Of a stretch of 64,000 nucleotides of DNA, positions 52,940 to 64,000 are shown piece after piece. Both the position numbers and the translations under genes were made by a program. How positions within the stretch are numbered: the stretch's first letter is position 1; each line of letters opens with the position of its first letter. A model generated the notes under the pieces. It was not told the origin of the DNA. It ran no database searches and was given only the letters and a program-made list of their open reading frames with translations. The stretch comes from Candidatus Eiseniibacteriota bacterium (GTDB taxonomy: Bacteria > Eisenbacteria > RBG-16-71-46), in the NCBI GenBank assembly GCA_963717505.1, contig OY970342.1, positions 1,984,001 through 2,048,000 of the forward strand. Direction: 5' to 3'.

Positions 52940-54720
52940 GCGAGGAACGTTCGTTCGAGGGGGGAACCCCGGGCGGCGCGCCGCAGCGCCGTCGTGGCCG
53001 ATTCCAGCGCCGCCGCCGTGAAGGCCCGCCGCCGGAACGCCGCCGTGATGGCCCACCGCCGGAATACCGCCGCGAAGGCCCGCCTCCCGATCGAGGCCAG
53101 GCGGGGGCGGTGAATCGATCGCGGCCGCTCTACCCCGAAGCGGGCAACGGTGCCGCGCGGCGTGGACCTTCGTACGGTCCGCGCGGCAACGGCGCCGGCC
53201 GCCAGGGTGGCATGCGCGGCCCGAGTGCCGGCCGACAGGGTGGACCCCGCGGCCCCGCAAATCGGTCGGGTGGCATGCGCGGTCCGGGGCGCGGCAACGG
53301 CCGATACGACCGTGGACCCCGCGATGCCGATCGTCGCCCCGGCAACGGCGGAGTGCGCGAATCACGCCCGTTCTTCGCCGACGAGGATGAAGCGCTGCCC
53401 GACAACCCGCGCGAAGCAGCACTCCAGATCCTGCACGCGGTCGAAACCCGCGGCGCCTTCGGTGACCGATTGCTGGACGGCGCCCACGCGCGCGCCGGCT
53501 GGGACGATCGCGATCAGGCGTTGCTGCACGAGCTGGTGAAGGGCGGACTGCGCTGGCGCGGGCGTCTGGACTACGTGCTCGACCCGTTCGTGCACGTCGG
53601 GCTCGACAAGCTGCAGCCGTGGATCCGCAATGTGCTACGACTCGGCGCGTACCAAATCCTGTTCCTGGATCGCGTGCCCGAGCACGCGGCGGTCGACGAG
53701 TCGGTCAAGCTCGCGCACAAGTACGGCCACCCGGGACTCGCCGGACTGGTGAACAGCGTGCTGCGCCGCCTGATCGACGAGAAGGCGCAGATCGTGATCC
53801 CCGAGGGCGACGATGTCGCTTCGCTCTCGGCATGGGGATCGCACCCCGAGTGGATCGTCGAGCGCTGGCTCGAACGCTTCGGTGTCGAGGCGACACGCGC
53901 GCTGCTCCAGGCCGACAATCGTCCGGTGCCGGTGGGCTTGCGGGTCAACGCCGTGCGGGGAACACGCGAGCAGCTGATCGAGCGACTCAAGAATGAAGGC
54001 GTCGAGGCGCGGCCCGCGACCATGTCGCCCGACCTGGTCTGGGTCGAGACGCACCAGTCACCGGGCCGCCTCAAGGCGTTCCGCGAGGGTTGGTGTACGG
54101 CGCAAGACGAGAGCGAATCGCTGGTGGCCAGGCTGGTCGGACCCCGGCAGCACGAGCGGTTGCTCGACCTGTGCGCGGCTCCCGGCGGCAAGTGCACGCA
54201 CCTGGCCGAGCTGATGGGAGACGAGGGCGAGGTGTGGGCGATGGAGCGCGACGCCGCGCGCGTGACCTCGCTCGAGCAGACCATCACGCGGCTCGGCATC
54301 CACAGCATTCACGTGGTCCACGGTGACGGGCGCAATTACGCGTTCCCGATGCCGTTCGACCGCGTGCTGGTCGACGCGCCGTGCTCGGGTCTGGGCGTGC
54401 TCGGCCGACGCGCGGACGCGCGCTGGCGCAAGGGTCCCGAGATCCTGCGCGAGATGCCGCCGATTCAGCTCGATCTCCTGAATGCCGCGGCGAAGCGGCT
54501 GCGCCCGGGTGGCGTGCTGGTCTACAGCGTGTGCTCGTTCGAGCCCGAGGAAACGGCGATCGTGGTCGAGCGCTTCCTGCGCGCGAACCCGTCGTTCGTC
54601 ATTGAAGCGGCAGAAGGATTGCTGCCGGACGAAGTGGTCACGGAGGATGGGTTCATGCTCGTGCTGCCGCACGTGCACGGCTGCGACGGCGCGTTCGCGG
54701 CTCGGCTGCGCAAGGCCTGA
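52936..54720 (+). CDS. rsmB: 16S rRNA m5C967 methyltransferase RsmB with long Arg/Gly/Pro-rich N-terminal extension
   Basis: NusB-like domain (LRLGAYQILFLDRVP.HAAVDESV), SHPEW, DLCAAPGGK, DAPCSGLG, YSVCS, DGAFAA; TTG start after GAGGAGG. Confidence 0.93.
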   Translation: MSEERSFEGGTPGGAPQRRRGRFQRRRREGPPPERRRDGPPPEYRREGPPPDRGQAGAVNRSRPLYPEAGNGAARRGPSYGPRGNGAGRQGGMRGPSAGRQGGPRGPANRSGGMRGPGRGNGRYDRGPRDADRRPGNGGVRESRPFFADEDEALPDNPREAALQILHAVETRGAFGDRLLDGAHARAGWDDRDQALLHELVKGGLRWRGRLDYVLDPFVHVGLDKLQPWIRNVLRLGAYQILFLDRVPEHAAVDESVKLAHKYGHPGLAGLVNSVLRRLIDEKAQIVIPEGDDVASLSAWGSHPEWIVERWLERFGVEATRALLQADNRPVPVGLRVNAVRGTREQLIERLKNEGVEARPATMSPDLVWVETHQSPGRLKAFREGWCTAQDESESLVARLVGPRQHERLLDLCAAPGGKCTHLAELMGDEGEVWAMERDAARVTSLEQTITRLGIHSIHVVHGDGRNYAFPMPFDRVLVDAPCSGLGVLGRRADARWRKGPEILREMPPIQLDLLNAAAKRLRPGGVLVYSVCSFEPEETAIVVERFLRANPSFVIEAAEGLLPDEVVTEDGFMLVLPHVHGCDGAFAARLRKA

Positions 54721-54726
54721 CGAGCG

Positions 54727-55617
54727 ATGAATCCAACCGGACCGGCCCCCGGTCCCGATCCCCTGGATACGTTCGATCCTGCCGTGGGCGCCACGTCCGC
54801 GGGGCCGCGCGGCATCGACATCGTCGGCGAAGACGCCGAGCGCCGCGGCGAGTCGTCGACCCCCGGGCGGATCGATCGTCCGCCGCCGCCGCGCCGGCCG
54901 CTGATCGCAACCCTCGCTCTGTTTGGCATGGGGCTCGTGGCGTTCGTCATCGGGCTCCTGGTGTTCAACCACGTGGTGATGCCGCGGCTGATCCACAGCA
55001 CCGGTACCACCCAGGTGCCCGACGTGACCAACATGACCTACGAACAGGCCGAGGTCGCGCTCAAGCCGCTGGGCATGCCGCTGTCGCGCGCCGGCGAACG
55101 CTTCGACCCCAACGTGCCGCGCGGCTTCGTGCTGTCGCAGGATCCGCTGCCCAACACACCGGTGCGGGGCAAGAAGCGCGTGATGGTGGTGGTCAGCCTG
55201 GGCGAGGAGTTCAGCTCGGTGCCCGGCCTGTTCGGCGAGTCGGTGCGCAGTGCGCGCTACCTGCTCCAGCGCTCGGGCTTGAGAGTGAGCGGCATCACGC
55301 GCGCGCCGTCGCAGGAAGTCGGCGTCGGGTTGGTGGCCGGTACCGATCCACCCGCCGAGATCGTGCTGCCGCGCTTCGGCACCGTGTCGCTCTTGATCTC
55401 GACCGGTGGCGGCGACGAAGCCTGGGTCATGCCCGACCTGCTCGGGCGCGAGATCACGAACGCCCGGCGCCAGCTCGAGTCGTTCGGCTTTCGCGTGGTG
55501 ACGCCGCCGGCAGCGCCCACCGTCGGGCCGATCGTCTACCAAGACCCGCCCCCGGGGTCGCGCATCACGCTCGATACGGAGATCAGCCTTCAGGGCATGG
55601 GCCGGGTGATCCGGTGA
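54727..55617 (+). CDS. Membrane-anchored triple PASTA domain protein (no kinase domain)
   Basis: One TM helix, then VPDVTNM, VPGLFGE and MPDLLGR repeats, each with QDP/TDP. Confidence 0.88.
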   Translation: MNPTGPAPGPDPLDTFDPAVGATSAGPRGIDIVGEDAERRGESSTPGRIDRPPPPRRPLIATLALFGMGLVAFVIGLLVFNHVVMPRLIHSTGTTQVPDVTNMTYEQAEVALKPLGMPLSRAGERFDPNVPRGFVLSQDPLPNTPVRGKKRVMVVVSLGEEFSSVPGLFGESVRSARYLLQRSGLRVSGITRAPSQEVGVGLVAGTDPPAEIVLPRFGTVSLLISTGGGDEAWVMPDLLGREITNARRQLESFGFRVVTPPAAPTVGPIVYQDPPPGSRITLDTEISLQGMGRVIR

Positions 55618-56363
55618 CGGAATACCCGTTGACGCCGCCGATCATCGCGCCCTCGATCTTGTCCGCCGACTTCTCGATGTTGCCGGAAGAAGTGGCGATC
55701 GTCGATCCCAAGCGCGACTGGGTCCACTGCGACGTCATGGACCACCACTTCGTGCCGAACCTGACGTTCGGTCCGTTGGTCGTGGGGGGTGTGCGGCGAT
55801 TGACCACGGCATTCGTCGACGTCCACCTGATGATCGAGCGGCCATGGGACCTCGCTGCTGCGTTTCGCGACGCCGGCGCTGACCAGATCACGATTCATCT
55901 CGAGGCCTGCCGGCCCGAGGATCAGCCGCTACGCGAGTTCGACCCGAAGCGCGTTGAGGCCGACCGCGTGATCAAAGCACTCGCCGCGGTTCGCGAAACC
56001 GGCGCCAGGGTCGGGCTGGCGCTGAAGCCGGCCACGCCGTTCGCCGCGGCGGTGCCGTTTCTAGAGCTGGTGGACCTGGTGCTGATAATGACCGTCGAGC
56101 CCGGCTTCGGCGGGCAGTCGTTCATGACCGACATGCTGGACAAGGTTCGCGAGGCGGCCGCGTGGAAGCGCAAGCACGGTGCCCAGTGGCTGATCGAGGT
56201 CGACGGCGGGATCACGGCCGAGACGATCGTTCCCTGCCGCGCCGCGGGGGCGGAGGTGTTCGTCGCCGGGAATGCTGTGTACCGGGAGGTGACCGCTCCA
56301 CGCGCGGCGCTGGCCTCATTGCGGAAGTCCGTGCGTTCAAGCGAGCCGGCATCAAGGTCTTGA
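55614..56363 (+). CDS. rpe: Ribulose-phosphate 3-epimerase
   Basis: IAPSILSADF, HCDVMDHHFVPNLTFG, DVHLMI, MTVEPGFGGQ, EVDGGI. Confidence 0.95.
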   Translation: MTEYPLTPPIIAPSILSADFSMLPEEVAIVDPKRDWVHCDVMDHHFVPNLTFGPLVVGGVRRLTTAFVDVHLMIERPWDLAAAFRDAGADQITIHLEACRPEDQPLREFDPKRVEADRVIKALAAVRETGARVGLALKPATPFAAAVPFLELVDLVLIMTVEPGFGGQSFMTDMLDKVREAAAWKRKHGAQWLIEVDGGITAETIVPCRAAGAEVFVAGNAVYREVTAPRAALASLRKSVRSSEPASRS

Positions 56364-56468
56364 GGGAAAGTTCGAGAGAGCAAAATGGTTGTTGATCTGT
56401 TCACATGCACACTGGCAGTGACGGGCGGGAGCTTCAGCACGCGCCTTCGCGCCGAGGCAATCTGAAAC

Positions 56469-58118
56469 GTGGATGCGAAACGGGTTGTCTCCGTCGGGGC
56501 CGGGGTGGCCCTGTTGACCTGGTTGGTCTCTCATGCCAACGCGGGCGTCTTCAGGCCAAGAGTCGACTACCACGTGGCGGGCGATCCTTGGGCAGCGACC
56601 ATTGTGGATCCGAACCACGACGGCTCTCCCGATATCATGGTGACGCAGCATCGGACAGCCTTCTTTACGATCGACTCAAAAATCATGGTGATGGCCAACG
56701 ACCACGAGGGAGGTCTAACGCCCACGTCCAGCCTCCCTGCGATCGAGTACGGCGGATACCTGACCAGCGCCGACTTCAACGTCGATGGCCGCCTCGATGT
56801 TGCAGTCGTCACCACCAGCGATTCCGTTCAGATCATGCTGAACAATGCTGATGGCACATGGTCAACGACGCGGTTCCGCGAGCCCGGGGACCTAATTTTT
56901 GTCCGAGCAAGAGACCTCACCGGCGACGGGTTTCCCGACCTTGTGGCCGCCAATCGCTCCAGCCACAGGGTGCAAGTGTTTGCAAACGATGGTGCAGGGG
57001 GCTTCTCCCTGTGGCGAAACCTCAACGTCGTCGGGTCACCCACCGGACTTGCGATCCTTCACATCAACAGCGACGGCATTCCTGACATCGCGGTTAGCGT
57101 AGTTACTACGACCATGAGCATCCTCGTAAGCCGCGGCTTAGGCGACTACGAACGCAGGACCAGTCCGATGCCGGGATTTCAATCCCATGTCGAGGCTGCT
57201 GATCTGGATCACGATGGCGACGACGATCTCATCATGGGCCAAGGCAGCAGCATATTGATGTTGCGAAACAACGGCGACGAGACCTTTGGCCCACCGGTTG
57301 CGACGCAGGTTCCGAGCGGGGTTACGCGGCACGCCATGCTGGATTTCGATCAAGACGGCTGGGTAGACGTCGCAGCGGCATCAGCGGGATCTGAAGTAAT
57401 AACCTTGCTCCGAAACGTCGGAGGGAACCTGGTGCGTGGAGAGGATCTGCCGAGTGGAGTCATATACAACGGCCCACAAGTTGCGGACCTGGATGGGAAT
57501 GGCTACCCAGACCTGATTGGCTGCCGGGTCGAAGATGACACGGTCTCGGTGTGGATGAACGCCAACGGACCGACGACGGCGGTGCTTCTTGAGGCCGTTG
57601 ACTACACGATTGTCGACGAGGGCATCCGGCTGATATGGACGCTGGGTGGAGGATGTCCGAGCAGCGTCGGGACGGTAGAGCGACGAGACCACGTCTTGGG
57701 GACTTGGGAACCGCGAGGGAGTATCTCGGCCATCGGATCGCGGGTCGAGTATGTCGACCATGCTGCTGTCGCCGGGGAGCCGTATGCGTATCGGCTCGTC
57801 ACCGAGCGCTGCGGGATCTTGGGAGAAGTCTGGATCGACTGGGGCATTGGCTCACTGAATCTGCGCGCCGAGATCCGGCCCAATCCCGCAATCGGACGTT
57901 TCAATCTCGTGTTCGATCTTCCTCTCAGTGCCGCTGCCAACCTCGAATTGTGGGACGTCCAGGGACGACGAGTCGAGACCCGTGATCTCGGCGATCTCGG
58001 CCCCGGGCGACACAGCATTGCATTGGGGGAGGGAGCCCGGCTGGCGCCGGGCGTCTACTTGGTTCGTTTGATTCAGGGGAGCCGCGTGTTCACCACCAGG
58101 GCCTGCCTCGTCGAATGA
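56469..58118 (+). CDS. Secreted FG-GAP/VCBS repeat protein with FlgD/T9SS-like CTD
   Basis: Signal peptide; 7 D-x-N/D-x-DG-x-x-D-like repeats (DPNHDGSPD, DFNVDGRLD, DLTGDGFPD, INSDGIPD, DLDHDGDDD, DFDQDGWVD, DLDGNGYPD); PNP...WDVQGRRV...GVYLVRL; visibly lower GC. Confidence 0.85.
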   Translation: MDAKRVVSVGAGVALLTWLVSHANAGVFRPRVDYHVAGDPWAATIVDPNHDGSPDIMVTQHRTAFFTIDSKIMVMANDHEGGLTPTSSLPAIEYGGYLTSADFNVDGRLDVAVVTTSDSVQIMLNNADGTWSTTRFREPGDLIFVRARDLTGDGFPDLVAANRSSHRVQVFANDGAGGFSLWRNLNVVGSPTGLAILHINSDGIPDIAVSVVTTTMSILVSRGLGDYERRTSPMPGFQSHVEAADLDHDGDDDLIMGQGSSILMLRNNGDETFGPPVATQVPSGVTRHAMLDFDQDGWVDVAAASAGSEVITLLRNVGGNLVRGEDLPSGVIYNGPQVADLDGNGYPDLIGCRVEDDTVSVWMNANGPTTAVLLEAVDYTIVDEGIRLIWTLGGGCPSSVGTVERRDHVLGTWEPRGSISAIGSRVEYVDHAAVAGEPYAYRLVTERCGILGEVWIDWGIGSLNLRAEIRPNPAIGRFNLVFDLPLSAAANLELWDVQGRRVETRDLGDLGPGRHSIALGEGARLAPGVYLVRLIQGSRVFTTRACLVE

Positions 58119-58124
58119 CGACGC

Positions 58125-58191
58125 TCAATACAACTCGTTCTGGAACGAGTTGCGTTAGGGCCACCTAACGCAACTGTCCGCACGGACAGTT
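58125..58191. repeat. Dispersed palindromic 11/12/11/6 element, copy 3
   Basis: tcaatacaact-CGTTCTGGAACG-agttgcgttag-GGCCAC-ctaacgcaact-GTCCGCACGGAC-agtt. Confidence 0.92.
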
Positions 58192-58299
58192 CCCTGCGCT
58201 CATTTGGCCTGAGCCCCGCCTTATCCCCCCACCCGGCCTTGTGTTATGGTGCCCGCTTCCCTTGGGTAACCCGACCCCCTGGGCGGGGTGTAGGTACAC

Positions 58300-59628
58300 G
58301 TGTTCGAAGCACTTTCCGACCGACTGCAGGGCATCGTCCGTGGCCTGACCGGCCAGGTGCGGCTGACTCCCGACAACATCCGGGAGAGCCTGCGCCAGGT
58401 CCGCCGGGCCCTGCTCGAAGCCGACGTCCATCTGGAGGTCGCCCGCGAGCTGGTGGCGCGGGTCGAGGCGCGTGCCGTGGGCGATCAGGTGCTCAAGAGC
58501 CTGTCGCCGGGGCAGCAGGTGATCGGGATCGTACGCGACGAGCTGGAAGCCGTGCTCGGTCGCACGACTGTCACGCTGGGCGGCTCGCCGCACCTGCCGA
58601 CGGTGGTGCTGCTCGCCGGGCTCCAGGGTTCGGGTAAGACGACGTTCGCGGCCAAGCTCGCGCGCTGGCTCGCGCAGAAGAACAAGCGCGTGCTGCTGGC
58701 GAGCGTCGACGTGCATCGTCCGGCGGCGATCGACCAGCTCGAAGTGCTGGCCGGGCGCGCCGGGGCGTCGTTCTGGCGGGCCGAGGCGGGTACCGCGCCG
58801 GCGGCGATCGCCGAGGCGGCACGCGAAGAAGCACGGCGGCGTGGATTCGACTTCCTGGTGCTCGACACCGCGGGTCGCATGCACGTCGACCAGGAGTTGA
58901 TGGACGAGCTGCGTGTGGTTCATGCCACCGCGCGGCCGCATCAAGTGCTGCTGGTGATGGACGGCATGACGGGCCAGGAGGCCGTGCGCGTGGGTCAGGC
59001 GTTCGCCGCCGCGGTCGGCGTCGACGGCCTGGTGTTGACCAAGATGGACGGAGATGCCCGAGGCGGTGCCGCGCTGTCGCTGCGGCAGGTCACGGGCAAA
59101 CCGATCCTGTTCCTCGGGGTCGGCGAGAAGCTGGATGGGCTCGAGGCGTTCGACCCGGCGCGGCTGGCGGGGCGGATCCTGGGGATGGGTGACATCGTCG
59201 GACTGGTCGAGAAGGCCCGCGAGGTGGTGAGCGAAGACGATGCGCAGCGGATGGCTCAGCGCATGCGCAAGTCGGAGTTCACGCTCGAGGATTTCCTCGA
59301 GCAAATAAGACAAGTGAAAAAAATGGGACCGATGGAAGGGATCCTGAAGATGCTGCCCGGAGTGAACTCGCAGATGCTCGAGCAGGCGAAGCCTGATCTC
59401 GATCGGATGCGGCATTCCGAGGCGATCCTCTTGAGCATGACGCCGCGCGAGCGGCGCAACCCACGGGTGATCGACGGCAGCCGTCGCCGGCGGATTGCGG
59501 CGGGCAGCGGCAGATCGGTGCCCGAGGTGAATAGGCTGCTCAAGGAGTTCGAGCAGGCGAAGACGCTGATGAAGCATTTGAAGAAAGGCCCGCGCGGGCT
59601 CGCGGCGTTGCGTGGAATGATGCGGTAG
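58300..59628 (+). CDS. ffh: Signal recognition particle protein Ffh
   Basis: MFEALSDRL, ALLEADV, GLQGSGKTT, DTAGR, TKMDGDARGGAALS, RILGMGD, FTLEDF, SRRRRIAAGSG. Confidence 0.97.
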   Translation: MFEALSDRLQGIVRGLTGQVRLTPDNIRESLRQVRRALLEADVHLEVARELVARVEARAVGDQVLKSLSPGQQVIGIVRDELEAVLGRTTVTLGGSPHLPTVVLLAGLQGSGKTTFAAKLARWLAQKNKRVLLASVDVHRPAAIDQLEVLAGRAGASFWRAEAGTAPAAIAEAAREEARRRGFDFLVLDTAGRMHVDQELMDELRVVHATARPHQVLLVMDGMTGQEAVRVGQAFAAAVGVDGLVLTKMDGDARGGAALSLRQVTGKPILFLGVGEKLDGLEAFDPARLAGRILGMGDIVGLVEKAREVVSEDDAQRMAQRMRKSEFTLEDFLEQIRQVKKMGPMEGILKMLPGVNSQMLEQAKPDLDRMRHSEAILLSMTPRERRNPRVIDGSRRRRIAAGSGRSVPEVNRLLKEFEQAKTLMKHLKKGPRGLAALRGMMR

Positions 59629-59736
59629 CAGCATCGTGTCGCCGCGGACGCGTCCGCGAGCGTAGCGAGAGAATCCCGGCCGCCACGGCGGCCATGAACC
59701 ATAGATCGAACCGCTCGTTTTTCAAGGAGGACATTC

Positions 59737-60192
59737 ATGCCAGTCGTGATTCGACTCATGAGGGCCGGAGCGAAGAAGCGGCCCTTCTACCGCATGGTCG
59801 CTGCGGACTCGCGCCGCCAGCGCGACGGACGATTCCTGGAGATCCTCGGCCACTACAACCCGATCGCCCAGCCGTTCGAGCTGGTGGTGCACAAGGACAA
59901 GGTCGAGCAGTGGCTGTCGAAGGGTGCTCAGCCCTCCGAGCAGGTCGCCTCGTTGCTGCGTTCGCTGGGCATCGCGCCGCGCAAGCACGCGGCACCGCGT
60001 GTCGACAAGCCCGAAGCCGCGGCTCCGGCGCCCAAGGCTGCGAAGGCCAAGGTCGCCAAAGCCAAGGTCGCCAAGGGTGCGAAGGCCAGCGCCAAGCCGC
60101 GCGGCGCGTCGGACCGGAAGAAGAAGGCCAAGGTGCTCCGCGCTCGTCGCAAGGCCGCGGGACCCAAGACCAAGGCGGCGAAGAAGGCGTGA
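59737..60192 (+). CDS. rpsP: 30S ribosomal protein S16 with Lys/Ala-rich C-terminal extension
   Basis: [46 protein letters not shown]; AAGGAGG RBS. Confidence 0.96.
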   Translation: MPVVIRLMRAGAKKRPFYRMVAADSRRQRDGRFLEILGHYNPIAQPFELVVHKDKVEQWLSKGAQPSEQVASLLRSLGIAPRKHAAPRVDKPEAAAPAPKAAKAKVAKAKVAKGAKASAKPRGASDRKKKAKVLRARRKAAGPKTKAAKKA

Positions 60193-60563
60193 TTTTGCGC
60201 CGCCTCACGGGGCTGGTGCTGGTCGTAGCGCTCGCCGCAGGATGCGGTCCGCGCTCGGCCGGTGAGGCGACCGACACGCCGCCGCGGGAACGCGCGCAGC
60301 AGTTGGTCGAGTCCGGCAACCAGGCGTACCGGATCGGCGACTATCGGCTCGCGGCGCGGCGCTACGCCTCGGCCGCGGTGGTCGATCGGGAAGATCCAGC
60401 GGCGTACTTCGGCTTGGGGATGGCGCTGTCCAAGCTCGGCCGCGACGAAGAGGCGCGCGACGCCTACCGGCGCGCGCGCGAGCTGGCGCGCCGTAATGCC
60501 GTGCTCGGTTTTCAGGGGACGCCGCACGCGACGCCGCCCGACACGGCGGCGAATTCGAACTGA
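60189..60563 (+). CDS. TPR-containing lipoprotein
   Basis: Lipobox LAAG-C; [32 protein letters not shown]. Confidence 0.75.
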   Translation: MILRRLTGLVLVVALAAGCGPRSAGEATDTPPRERAQQLVESGNQAYRIGDYRLAARRYASAAVVDREDPAAYFGLGMALSKLGRDEEARDAYRRARELARRNAVLGFQGTPHATPPDTAANSN

Positions 60564-63118
<2,555 letters not shown>

Positions 63119-63199
63119 CCGGGACTTCAGCACCCGACCGAAACGGCCGATTCCACTTGTGGCAGCCGACGCCGATTGGCATTATTTCAGCCCGCGAGG

Positions 63200-63838
63200 A
63201 TGGAATGGAGCCGATCGCGCCCAGCCCAGGTTTCAGGGTTCCGCGGACCTTCTGCGAGCCCGCTCGACACCCCCGGCAACCCCGCCGCCGAATTCTCGGA
63301 GAGAGTTCTGTTGTTCGCTAGCGCGTCGCGCCGGATCCTGGCGTACGTCATCGATGCCGTGTTGCTCACGGCCATCCTCTACGTTGCGTTCATCGCGTTC
63401 GGCATGGCGGTAGGCCCGCCGGTCGAGATCACGACCTCGGGCGGCAGGTTCGACTTGGAGCTGGATGTCGGGCGCGCCGAGCTGGCCGCGCTGGTGAGCG
63501 CAGCGATCAGCATGGCGTACTTTGCCGGATCGTGGGTGCTGCTGCCGGCAACCCCGGGCCAGCGACTGCTGGGCCTGTATGTGAGCCGGGCGCGGGATGC
63601 CCGCCCGTTGTCGACGGGACAAGCGGTGTTGCGCTGGGCCCTGCTGATCGGGCCGCTCTACCTGAGCGAGTTGGCGGGTCCGCTGGCGCCCGAGCTGCGG
63701 GCGCCGCTCTTCCTGCTGGCGATCCTCTGGTACGCCATCCTACTCGCCACCACGGTCCTGAGTCCCAGTCGCCAGGGACTCCACGATCGCTGGTCGGGCA
63801 GCGCTGTTCTTGCTGCACCGCGCCCGCCGGCAGTCTGA
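63200..63838 (+). CDS. RDD family membrane protein
   Basis: RRILAYVID, TPGQRLLGL, RQGLHDRW. Confidence 0.85.
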   Translation: MEWSRSRPAQVSGFRGPSASPLDTPGNPAAEFSERVLLFASASRRILAYVIDAVLLTAILYVAFIAFGMAVGPPVEITTSGGRFDLELDVGRAELAALVSAAISMAYFAGSWVLLPATPGQRLLGLYVSRARDARPLSTGQAVLRWALLIGPLYLSELAGPLAPELRAPLFLLAILWYAILLATTVLSPSRQGLHDRWSGSAVLAAPRPPAV

Positions 63839-64000
63839 TGTTGCTCGACGCCCGCAACCTGCCCCCTGGAGCACGGATTGAGGCCGACCTGTGCATCATC
63901 GGCGCCGGCGCCATGGGTATCACACTGGCCCGCGAGTTCTCGGGTACGGGTCTCAACGTCGTCGTGCTCGAGAGCGGCGCCCCCTTGTTCGACGCGCCGA
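63838..64000 (+). CDS. FAD-dependent (GMC-like) oxidoreductase, 3' end outside window
   Basis: MLLDARNL...ADLCIIGAGAMGITLAREF...VVVLESG (translated by hand; ATG overlaps the RDD stop). Confidence 0.75.
   Translation, partial: MLLDARNLPPGARIEADLCIIGAGAMGITLAREFSGTGLNVVVLESGAPLFDAP

Noticed and set aside
58125-58191. Ordinary rho-independent terminators as the explanation for the element
   Set aside because: No U-tracts, and conserved arm sequence with fixed 6/12 spacing exceeds what termination needs. A secondary role in mRNA 3' ends is not excluded

Overview
This is a GC-rich chromosomal window, probably from a metagenome-assembled FCB-group bacterium (Ca. Eisenbacteria-like, inferred from gene content and the repeated FlgD-Ig/T9SS-A-like C-terminal domains). 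From left to right it holds: a Wzx/O-antigen-ligase surface-glycan cluster (1-14.4 kb); khpA-rimM-trmD-rplS-rnhB-yraN; a B12 acyl-CoA mutase and short-chain acyl-CoA region (meaB, an IcmA-type and a methylmalonyl-CoA-type large subunit, one B12-binding subunit, epimerase, biotin carboxylase/BCCP, thiolase, Hbd, three acyl-CoA dehydrogenases); tgt-yajC-def-fmt-rsmB-PASTA-rpe; ffh-rpsP; and serS. Four secreted proteins with a shared C-terminal domain sit between conserved gene blocks. The most unusual signal is a dispersed intergenic element present three times (22.9, 43.6 and 58.1 kb). It has strict 40-bp geometry: 11-bp inverted arms (CTAACRCAACT / AGTTGCRTTAG) separated alternately by a variable 6-bp spacer and a variable but always palindromic 12-bp spacer. 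Each copy lies at the edge of an accessory block that carries one of the secreted proteins. Many single-base frameshifts, densest at 37-41.6 kb, are most likely consensus errors. I found no tRNA, rRNA, CRISPR array, transposase or integrase. Product calls come from motif recognition by eye; no searches were run.
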